This document shows positions 50,701 to 58,900 of a stretch of 64,000 nt of DNA, piece by piece (within the stretch, counting starts at the first letter, position 1; the number at the start of each line of letters is the position of its first letter). Source of the DNA: Heterodontus francisci (taxonomy: Eukaryota); assembly GCF_036365525.1 (NCBI RefSeq), contig NC_090382.1:33401298-33465297 (forward strand), read 5' to 3'. The notes below the pieces were generated by a model. The model had not been told where the DNA came from. It searched no databases and worked only from the letters and a program-made list of their open reading frames with translations. The translations under genes and the position numbers were made by a program.

Positions 50701-53443
50701 GTTTGCAAGAGCCTATTTTTTTTTTTTAACTTCCATGAGAAATGAGCAATACGACATGGGGAAGAAGCACATGAAATGGTTTGCTATTGTCTTTATGTGT
50801 GCTTTCAAGGAAACACACATCCTCTTCCGGCATCACCACCAAAAATTCACTGTTGTTGACCGTGGCTTGTAACCCTGAGCGTGGGCACCCTCGCCTGGGC
50901 AACTCCCAAAAGGGCAGGGATAACCACCCCTGTATAGTTCCTTCCTGTCCCAGACCTGGTACCACTGTCCTATGAAATTGAACCCCTTTCCCACACTCTT
51001 TCAGCAGTGTTCACAAATAATCCAGATTATAACTCTTGAGATCCTCGTGCCTGGTACTTTATAAGCTGAACCTCATGCCTACTCTTCCCTATGTTATTGG
51101 TCCCAACATGGATCATTCCCCTCCAATATTCTTTCAAGCTGGTTTAAGATGTCCCTCACAAGTAAAGTTGGTCCCTGCCTGCTTGGGTTGGGAGAACACA
51201 GTGTCAACCACCCCTCAAACAGATCCAACCTCTTGAATGAAAGTTACCCATATAGGAATGTATGCCAGTAAAATATATTCCAGCAGGAGGAAAAGAGATA
51301 AAATCACTTTCATTTTTAAAATTGTATTTTGGTTACAGAAATGCAACCTGCAGTTCTGAAGGGGTGAGGGGAAAGAATATCCTAGTTCGAATGTTTTTAG
51401 GAGCTGTAGCTGTTGAAGTAAATACCTTATTTACTTATAACCTGAATTATAGGTAGAGTAAGTACATTTTGCATGGTGGTTCCATCTTCAAAGGGCTGCA
51501 GAGAAAGTTATGACAAATTCATACAAATGAAAAATGAGCAGCTTTCTCAGTCACTCCCTGAACTAATAAATCTTTGTTGTTCAAATCTTTAGGAGCTTCT
51601 GGAGCATCATGAAATGAGCACTGCATTTCGAGCCTTGGCACAGTATTATTTCAAATGTAAACGGTGGGATGAGGCATCAGTCTGTGCACAGAAGTGTTGT
51701 GATTACAATGATGTAAGTTTTAACCATATCTCTATGGTAGCCATCTCAGGGAAGTTGCTGTCAAGTACAGGTGGGCATTAGGGGAGAACAAGTTTTTGTT
51801 TTCAGATCCAGTACAGTGTTTCAGTGCTGTATCTCTAATCTAATCCTACAACTGACTACAGCAGTGTAATCCAGCAGATTTACTAGAATACAAGTCTTGA
51901 TTCAGCTAATGTTCAGGAATATGTTTCCCTAAAAGTATCTCATTTCAATAACTTATTTAGAAAGAGCCTGTGCACTAATTAGTAATATCCATCAGCTTTT
52001 AACAGGTTTAAATTTTAGAAAGGTAAACCAAAATTTAGCCATTCTAATTAAAGTTAGATTTTTTAAAGTCTTTTAACCTTGAAATCCAAATCATAAATGC
52101 TTCAATAAGAAAGTTCAGCAATACTACCAGCTGATAATGCAGAATGGCATCAACCAGCCAGGTATTGTTGGTGAATTGCTCGATTACGCTATTGGGAATC
52201 TGGCCTCTATGGTTGCCAAAACATCAAGCTGATACGAACTGTATATGGACAGGAGCAGGCTGAATAAACTTGTCAGTCCTTCACTTACATGCTGACAGGT
52301 GCAAGTATGCTCACCTTGTCCCTTTCTGCTCATTTAATCTCTGTGAACATGTGGCACTATTTTTTTTTTAAAAAGGGAATTCATTATGTTGAGGCAAATA
52401 TTTATCCCTCAACCAAAACCCAAATCAGGAGGCCATTCATCCCATCATATCTGCACCAGCTCTCCGAATGAGCATTTCATCTCGTGCCACTCTCCTGCCT
52501 TCTCCCTTTTTCAGATAAGTCTAATTCCCTTTTGAATGCTTCAACTAAACCTGCCTCCACCACTCTCAGGCAGTGCATTATAGACCTTATTCACTGTGTG
52601 AAAAGTTTTCCTAATATCACTTCTTTTACCAATTACTCTAAATCTGTGCCCTCTTGTTCCCACTTGTGAAAGGATTGAGAACGATAGGACACAGATTTAA
52701 AGTAATTGGCAAAAGCAAAAAAAAAATGTGACTAGGAAAATTTTCACACAGCGAGTGGTTAAGGTCTGGACAGAGTAGAGAGGGAGAAACTGTTCCTGTC
52801 TATCTACTCTGCCCAGACCGCTCATGATTTTGAATACCTCTATCAAATCACCTCTCAACAACCTTTTCTCCAAGGATAATAGTCCCAAATTCTCCAATCT
52901 GTCTTCATACCTGAATTTCCTCATTCCTGGAACCATTCTCGTGAATCTTTTCTGTACTCTCTCTAATACTTTCACATCCTTCCTAAAGCACAGCGCCCAG
53001 AACTGGATGCAGTACTCCAGCTGAGACCGAACTAGTGTCTTATACAAGTGCAACATAACCGCCTTGCTCTTGTGCTGTGTTTCCTACGTTAAGTACTGTA
53101 TTGGCTGTAATGTGGTTTGGAATGTCCTGAGGCAGCAAAATATATTTACAAATTTTGTAAGGTTGTTCTCAAACACTTCAGACTTGTTAATCCAAGTTGA
53201 CTTTTAATGAAACGCTTATTTGCTTTGATTTTGGTTGGCCAGTAGATTTTTGGATTAAATATTGATTTGTTCCAGACCAGAGAAGAAGGAAAAGCTCTGC
53301 TCAGACAGATATCACAGCTTCGTAACCAGGGTGACGTGCCACCAACGCCCATATCTGCAGATGTAACTCGAACATTTGTCCCTGGAGTCAACACCCCCTC
53401 TGCAAAACTGCCACCACTAAACCTATCTTCCATCACACCATGA
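20694..53443 (+). CDS. CDC23: Cell division cycle protein 23 / APC8 (anaphase-promoting complex TPR subunit), 16 coding exons, 577 aa: join(20694..20797,24134..24206,24704..24841,27002..27044,28180..28285,31830..31962,36335..36512,38487..38584,43004..43085,44221..44374,45440..45559,45665..45740,46335..46396,47424..47502,51593..51712,53276..53443)
   Basis: Manually spliced exons give one open frame of 1734 nt with GT-AG introns and matching phases. The translation matches vertebrate CDC23 as recalled ([78 protein letters not shown]-terminal PLNLSSITP*). Confidence 0.97.
21880..23880 (-). mobile_element. Older, degenerate RTE-clade LINE of a different family in CDC23 intron 1
   Basis: [66 protein letters not shown] across several frames. 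Confidence 0.9.
24134..24206 (+). CDS. CDC23: CDC23 exon 2 ([24 protein letters not shown])
   Basis: Acceptor tttttgcacag, donor gtacga; 73 nt. Confidence 0.93.
24704..24841 (+). CDS. CDC23: CDC23 exon 3 ([17 protein letters not shown]...YMYSRYL)
   Basis: Acceptor atatttag, donor gtaagg; 138 nt. Confidence 0.96.
25663..26397. mobile_element. Penelope-derived inverted-repeat remnant interrupted by a minus-strand CR1 3' fragment (~25778-26342)
   Basis: AAAACAGAAAGTGCTGGAAAT...GGCAGCATCTGTGGAGAGAGAA and its reverse complement arm flank the CR1 tail. Confidence 0.6.
26578..26865 (+). mobile_element. Degraded tRNA-derived SINE (same family as 7860 and 32990)
   Basis: GGACTAATAAGCCAGA..TTCAAATC head; AATGTGGTTGACTCTAAACTGCCCT body. 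Confidence 0.65.
27002..27044 (+). CDS. CDC23: CDC23 exon 4 ([14 protein letters not shown])
   Basis: Acceptor attctag, donor gtaagt; 43 nt. Confidence 0.95.
28180..28285 (+). CDS. CDC23: CDC23 exon 5 ([11 protein letters not shown]...DGFGLYL)
   Basis: Acceptor ttggcag, donor gtacgt; 106 nt. Confidence 0.95.
28733..28930. mobile_element. Penelope-derived palindromic remnant carrying a minimal hammerhead-like core, inserted in an old CR1 fragment
   Basis: ~50-bp inverted arms at 28741-28790 and 28807-28856; CTGATGA-stem-GAAA core at 28798-28822. Confidence 0.6.
29510..31360 (-). mobile_element. CR1 LINE fragment (RT and 3' end) with internal deletions
   Basis: [42 protein letters not shown]. 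Confidence 0.92.
31830..31962 (+). CDS. CDC23: CDC23 exon 6 ([18 protein letters not shown]...ITDKEM)
   Basis: Acceptor atattag, donor gtaagg; 133 nt. Confidence 0.96.
32185..32455 (+). mobile_element. Degraded Deu-domain SINE (SacSINE1-like)
   Basis: TGCTGAGGGAGTGCTACATTG...GTCCTGGCCAATGTTCTTCCCTCA...ACAGTGAATGCACTTCAAAG resembles the DeuSINE body and tail as recalled; further pieces at ~25555-25655 and 52395/53075-53145. Confidence 0.6.
32750..36010 (-). mobile_element. CR1 LINE retaining ORF1 (zinc finger + SGNH esterase) and ORF2 remnants; internal deletion with a SINE 3' piece at ~32990-33176
   Basis: ORF1 CRSCSM..C..., [19 protein letters not shown]; ORF2 [27 protein letters not shown]; CR1 3' tail at 32750. 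Confidence 0.88.
36335..36512 (+). CDS. CDC23: CDC23 exon 7 ([25 protein letters not shown]...AYHNVR)
   Basis: Homology places the start at CTC AAG after an unusual ttcGAG acceptor; donor gtcagt; 178 nt. Confidence 0.9.
38487..38584 (+). CDS. CDC23: CDC23 exon 8 ([33 protein letters not shown])
   Basis: Acceptor ctctttag, donor gtaagg; 98 nt. Confidence 0.96.
40424..42875 (+). mobile_element. CR1 LINE 3' fragment with a nested inverted CR1 copy
   Basis: RT remnants on +; host frame LVRPH|[12 protein letters not shown] is split at 41142/42321. Confidence 0.88.
41142..42320 (-). mobile_element. CR1 LINE 3' fragment nested in the opposite orientation
   Basis: [33 protein letters not shown]; possible TSD ACAT. 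Confidence 0.88.
43004..43085 (+). CDS. CDC23: CDC23 exon 9 ([27 protein letters not shown])
   Basis: Acceptor tctattag, donor gtgagc; 82 nt. Confidence 0.96.
44221..44374 (+). CDS. CDC23: CDC23 exon 10 ([21 protein letters not shown]...AAIQAYR)
   Basis: Acceptor ttatcaag, donor gtacac; 154 nt. Confidence 0.97.
44845..45362 (-). mobile_element. Degraded CR1 3' fragment
   Basis: [17 protein letters not shown] and CR1 3' UTR. Confidence 0.8.
45440..45559 (+). CDS. CDC23: CDC23 exon 11 ([40 protein letters not shown])
   Basis: Acceptor ccctgcag, donor gtaagc; 120 nt. Confidence 0.97.
45665..45740 (+). CDS. CDC23: CDC23 exon 12 ([25 protein letters not shown])
   Basis: Acceptor ccccacag, donor gtactt; 76 nt; the preceding intron is only 105 nt. 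Confidence 0.96.
46335..46396 (+). CDS. CDC23: CDC23 exon 13 ([21 protein letters not shown])
   Basis: Acceptor attggcag, donor gtaagt; 62 nt. Confidence 0.96.
47424..47502 (+). CDS. CDC23: CDC23 exon 14 ([26 protein letters not shown])
   Basis: Acceptor attgcag, donor gtaaga; 79 nt. Confidence 0.95.
47770..48540 (-). mobile_element. Degraded CR1 fragment
   Basis: [25 protein letters not shown]...KFANDTK. Confidence 0.8.
49055..50368 (+). mobile_element. CR1 LINE 3' fragment (RT)
   Basis: ORF 49267-50046: [43 protein letters not shown]; 3' tail CCTACTCCTGCTCCTATTTCTTATG. Confidence 0.92.
51593..51712 (+). CDS. CDC23: CDC23 exon 15 ([40 protein letters not shown])
   Basis: Acceptor tctttag, donor gtaagt; 120 nt. 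Confidence 0.95.
52425..53072 (-). mobile_element. CR1 3' fragment containing fold-back rearrangements
   Basis: [18 protein letters not shown]...[13 protein letters not shown] on -, with an inverted segment at 52677-52796. Confidence 0.8.
53276..53443 (+). CDS. CDC23: CDC23 exon 16, terminal coding part ([19 protein letters not shown]...PLNLSSITP*)
   Basis: Acceptor gttccag; TGA stop at 53441-53443. Confidence 0.95.
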   Translation, partial: TREEGKALLRQISQLRNQGDVPPTPISADVTRTFVPGVNTPSAKLPPLNLSSITP

Positions 53444-54196
53444 AAATTTCAGTGCTGCTATCTGAAACCACCATGACACTCTACTGGCTGTTTCCCATTA
53501 CAGCCTAAATGCCTGTTGGTAGCATAGTTGGATTTTGTATTCATGGGAAGCAGATTCTCTTTTGAAATGTACTGCATAATCTCTGCTTGTGTAAATATTA
53601 AATAGTGCACTTTTTTGCTAGATGTCATAATTCCTACAAGTTTGTTGCAACTAACTTTCTCCTGTAGTATAAATAGAAATCACTCAACCCACCTAACCTC
53701 CCCACTTAAGTTTCTATTTTGCTTAAGAATTCTGAGCTAACCAAGAGGTCAGGTACATCCAGTCAATCCTGCAGAAGCAGGCTCATTCCCCGCTAAAAGG
53801 GGCAGACCATCACACAAATGCAGAATTAAAAATTAAATTAACTCAATTTCATAGCCCCTGTCCATCAGTATCTAGCACCATTTATCAAGGTAAATTCGAC
53901 AGCTTTCAACATTAGACAACACCTCAAAATATATTTGCAACCAGAACTAAACTATCCTTCCTTATGGGTTGAGAAAGGCTGCTTATCTCACAAATCAATA
54001 GCAACCCCTCATATTCAATGTCGTTTCTGATCTCAGGACTCTGCTGATGGTACACTGCACATCCAGCAACCATGAGCTTGTATGTACTTGAAAGCACAGA
54101 CTGTTTTTCAATTTAAAAAAAAATCACATTACTTTAAGTAATTCAATTTTAATTTCCCTCATTTCACATGCGTACAGCAGGATACAAGAGGGCAAG

Positions 54197-54214
54197 AATA
54201 AACATTTTAATAAA
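54197..54214 (+). terminator. Candidate CDC23 polyadenylation signals (tandem AATAAA)
   Basis: AATAAA at 54197-54202 and 54209-54214, ~750 nt after the stop; a weaker ATTAAA lies at 53597. Confidence 0.5.
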
Positions 54215-54575
54215 AAGTGATACCGATACACTAGTATGTAAAGTACAAGAGTGGTAACCTTCATATTTTACAAACACATTTAACCTTATAGAATTCACCA
54301 AATAACCTCAGTTAGCTAAAGCCTACATACTACTCTGCAGCAATGGTCCTGTTCATGATATCATAGCAGGGGAGGCGAAGTATTAATCAGCTTGATTAAA
54401 TTTTCAGTTATTACTTCATTTTGGTTTGTCAGGCACAATGACTGATCTCCCAAGTGTTACATTAGTATAAATCAGAGAGGCTGCTTAAATCAGAACTGGA
54501 AAAAACATTCCCTAGCGGCATAAGACATACACAGCAAGTACTGGTTGTCCATCAAGATTTCCTGCAGTTGGACAC

Positions 54576-54581
54576 TTTATT
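54576..54581 (-). terminator. Candidate KIF20A polyadenylation signal
   Basis: TTTATT on + reads AATAAA on -, ~1 kb downstream of the KIF20A stop. Confidence 0.4.
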
Positions 54582-54953
54582 TCTAATTTTAAATATGAAT
54601 GTCAAATGAGCTTCAACAAAAGCACCTTAACTGAATTCTTAAAACTAGTATTGTACCACTCTTCACATTACCATTTCAGTAAAAGCTCTACAAGTTGCGT
54701 TAGTGTAAACCCTCGTGTTTAAATATTAAACCATACATGGAGCAATTATTTAAAGAATTTTGCAATACATTCAGCAATATATAAGGCACGAACGTAACTG
54801 TTCAAACTTCCAGATAAAGTGGAAGCTTATAAAAAGGGACACAGACTGAATTTGCATTTTTTGGTGCAAACCTTTCCCCTGAAATTAATATCTTTGGAAT
54901 ATACAGGAAGCACACCACACTCAAAAATATGGCTTACTTGAAACTTGGTTAGT

Positions 54954-54977
54954 TATATATATGTATATATATATATA
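54954..54977. repeat. (TA)n microsatellite in the putative KIF20A 3' UTR
   Basis: tatatatatgtatatatatatata. Confidence 0.8.
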
Positions 54978-55610
54978 GCTTAACAAAAGTGTTGATAGTT
55001 AATAGCTTATCTCTACATACAGAAAACACAAGATATGATGCTTTCCCAAATAAAAACCCTCCAAATCTTCTATACAAAACATAACAGGCCAACAGAAAGG
55101 AAATTCTCAATCCTGATTTTTTTTGAAATGGTAATCTTAAGCTGTCAGAACAAAATCGATACAATCTCTAGCTATACTCATCCTTACAGGCTACTTCCTA
55201 CAAAACATTTAATGCATTAATATAGAGTCTCCTGTTTCTTCTTGGACTTTGTTGGTTGACTCGTGTAGTAGAACTCCAAGCCACATTTCAACAAATGGCT
55301 GCAAAAGATAAATACTGGCTAGACACAAAGAAAAAGTTTGAAGAGTGGAATATTCGAGCAGCATAATACACAAAATACTTACAAAGTAGCTAGTGATAAT
55401 ATAACTTCCGGCACAAATCTCCCAGCATACCGTTTCCGCTCCCATACAAATCTTTTGCCAAAAATTGGATAATCAAAAGGTTTGAAAAACAGAACAAACA
55501 CCATTATCGTGGAAGTCATTGACGTAAATATTTTTAATTGGACCTAATTTCCAAATAAAATATCTTGAAAAATAAAAAAAGGTCTACAAAACCAGCTAAC
55601 CATGACTTCC

Positions 55611-55931
55611 TTAATAGTTTACGTGATATTGTACACTCGAGAGATGCAATGGCTTCTCCAGTCTTGCTCGGGATCGCAGAATATAATTGGAGGGAGTGTT
55701 GTTGCTGCACTGCTGAGCAAGCCTCATTGGGGTCAGGAGACCAGTTAGAAATGGCTTTTTCCCCGGGGGTGGCTGATTTTCAATATTGCCAGCACAGCGA
55801 CGCTTATTGCAGCCTGGACCCGCCTGAAGCTGGCGGACTGTGTGATACTGCTCTGCGATGCATGCATTTTTTTTCTTCAGGTCCAATTTTACTGCAATCA
55901 TCAGTTTCTGCAGCTCTGCCAAGGTGTGATC
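55611..55931 (-). CDS. KIF20A: KIF20A terminal coding exon
   Basis: Acceptor ttctaacag then GAT CAC ACC TTG; ACIAEQYHTV and PPGKKPFL motifs; TAA stop at 55613-55611. Confidence 0.93.
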   Translation of the reverse strand, partial: DHTLAELQKLMIAVKLDLKKKNACIAEQYHTVRQLQAGPGCNKRRCAGNIENQPPPGKKPFLTGLLTPMRLAQQCSNNTPSNYILRSRARLEKPLHLSSVQYHVNY

Positions 55932-58900
55932 CTGTTAGAAAGAAAGACTCTTCACTATCAAGTTCCATACAGTGAAAATACAAAGGTCCTAAATGTATTC
56001 ACACTAATTGCAAGCACGTCTCAATTATAAAAAACAAATTAGCTTTTTTTGGTATAGACATTACCTGTTTGAAGCATGTGTAGGGAAACCTATTCAGTCT
56101 TTTACCAGACCCATTCTAAAATTGCAACATGCAGCCTCAGCTCAGGGATACTCTGCACACTGCAGAAGTGTTTTAGTGTACAGCTTCCCACAGCAATGTG
56201 GTTGGGGCCAGGAATTCAACAAATGGAAAGCCCAGTTGATAAAAGCATGGCTATGCATGGTATTAAGCCATACAGATTAGCTGGGCCTACTTTTGAATTC
56301 TGGTCTGTGCTGACATATTTCCTTTTCAGCTCAGACAGCAATTGAGGCACAATTTTATGGGCCACCGCAAATCAACCCCCGCCCCCCAAAAAGGGGCCAG
56401 GAGGCGAGGGGCCCCACTGAATTGCAACGGGAGGTGGTCGCCTACCTGCAGCACCGCAATTTAGTCGGGGTGGGATAGACCGATGACAGTCTTCCCACAC
56501 AGTGACCTATTGAGACCCTTAGGAGGCCTATTAACACCCATTAAGAGGTTCTTCCCACCCTCGCTGCTGGAATTAAGCCAAACAGGGAGGTCACCCAGTA
56601 ATCTTTAAAGTCATCTTTAAAGGGACAAGGATCCGGGCGCCGGGCTGTTAATTGGCCTTGCACAGTCGAATTGTACCAAATGGCCGATGCAGGATTCCCC
56701 CTGCCTTTTCAACTCTGCACTGGGAGCCCCACCAGCACCACAAAATTCTGCCCTTAGACTCAGCGCCCTTGAAGAGAAAAAAAAGTCAAAGTTGCAAATC
56801 CCACTACAAACCAGTGACTCTTGTTGGAAAAAAGGTATATGTATGAATATGAGACAGTGACTGGATGGAGCTTGCTTGTGATGCCCTCCAATGATCAAAT
56901 AATCTGCTGACAGGATGAATGGCCTCTTCAACAAAATAACAGAGGGCTGTTGGCACTCAGAATTGTACCAGTGAGAATCAGCACCTTTTGAAGATAAATT
57001 ACTATGGTCTAGATGTAAACCCAGATTCCTCTATGACATTCATGAGTTACACAAGACAGCATGCTGTACAATCCTAGTCATTTTTATTCTAATGTCCAAT
57101 TAAGCAATTGAAAAACAAATATATTCTATGGATTTGCCACAACACTGTGTCGATATGTCCCTTCAGCACATTAGTTGGCTTTGTTTTCAATCTCTGGGGC
57201 TGAAACAGCTTAATTAGGTAATGCTACCTACAGGGTTAGGCCTAGAGGGGTGATTACAAATCAGCTGGCATCACATCAGAAGCAATTTCCGATCCAGATT
57301 AAGTAGCAAGGCAGAGGCACAGCATTGTGGGAGACTAGGTGTAAAATCTTACAGTTTCATCAACTAAATTTGAAACATGATCTTAGTTTCAAATGCATGT
57401 AACGAATACAAATGCATACAATATGTAAATATTAAAATTGCAGTTTTGTAATAGCTAAATGGTTTCAGCAGGATTCTTGCAGCTGATGGCTCAATTCACA
57501 TCCAATGTAATTGATCCATTAATATGTTGATTGGCAGATCTTGGCTATACACAAGGAAGGTGGTCCACCAGCACCATCTCTAAGTTTAAAGCTTGGAAAA
57601 ACAGGTTAATTAATTTCGACTTTGAGCCGAGCAAATATTGTTTGCCAAAAACAAAGCCTGCAAAGGAACAGGTTTGCAAAAGACAGCCATAGACAGCAAT
57701 TAAGCAGAATGCACGTTATTGGAATCAAATAAAATTAGCCCTTCCATTCGGAGATGCCTACCCTCAAATTCTGCCCCTCTCTCGCTCACACAAAAAAGTT
57801 ATTCGCTTCATACCATTTTTTCTGAACAAATGCTTTGAAAATTTATCCAAAGTTGCAAGTCTCCCCACTTCTCTCTACATTTTTGAAATCTGTGCATTGA
57901 ACCAAGATCAATGTGGCTAAGAGCTGTCACTGACTTGTAGCTGAAGGACAATTGCTAACATACCTGTTTTACCATTAGGTCTTCACATTTGGCTAGAGTA
58001 CGCCGTAGGTTTTCTGCTCCGGTGTTATGGCAACATGCTCTCTCTGATGTCTGCAGTGCCTGGCCTATTTTCTGTAGCTCTTTCTGCAGGGCCTTCACAT
58101 TCTGAAAATTAATCAGACACATTAACAGACATTATTGCCAAAAAGAGAGGGGGGTTAGGGGAATACTCTAGCTGAATCATAACCAGTGACTTATAAAGGA
58201 TCATAACTTACTTGCTTTTGTACTCTATGCCTCTATTTAGAAAGCCTTATCAACTTGTCCTACCACCTTCAATGAATTGAGTATGTGAACTCCAGATGTC
58301 TCTGTTCCTACACCCACTTTAAAATTGTATTTTTTAAAAATTCATTCATGGGATTTGGGTGTCGCTGGCCAGGCCAGCATTTATTGCCCATCCCTAATTG
58401 CCCTTGAGAAGGTGGTGGTGAGCTGCCTTCTGAACCGCTGCAGTCCATGTGGGGTAGGTACACCCACAGTGCTGTTAGGAAGGGAGTTCCAGGATTTTGA
58501 CCCAGTGACAGTGAAGGAACGATGATATAGTTCCAAGTCAGGATGGTGTGTGACTTGGAGGGGAACTTGCAGGTGGTGGTGTTCCCATGCATTTGCTGCC
58601 CTTGTCCTTCTAGTTGGTAGAGGTCACGGGTTTGGAAGGTGCTGTCTAAGGAGCCTTGGTGCATTGCATCTTGCAGATGGTACACACTGCTGCCACTGTG
58701 CGTCGGTGGTGGAGGGAGTGAATGTTTGTGGATGGGGTGCCAATCAAGCGGGCTGCTTTGTCCTGGATGGTGTCGAGCTTCTTGAGTGTTGTTGGAGCTG
58801 CACCCATCCAGGCAAGTGGAGAGTATTCCATCACACTCCTGACATATTTTATTTTATATTTATTTAGAGATACAGCACTGAAACAGGCCTTTCGGCCCAG

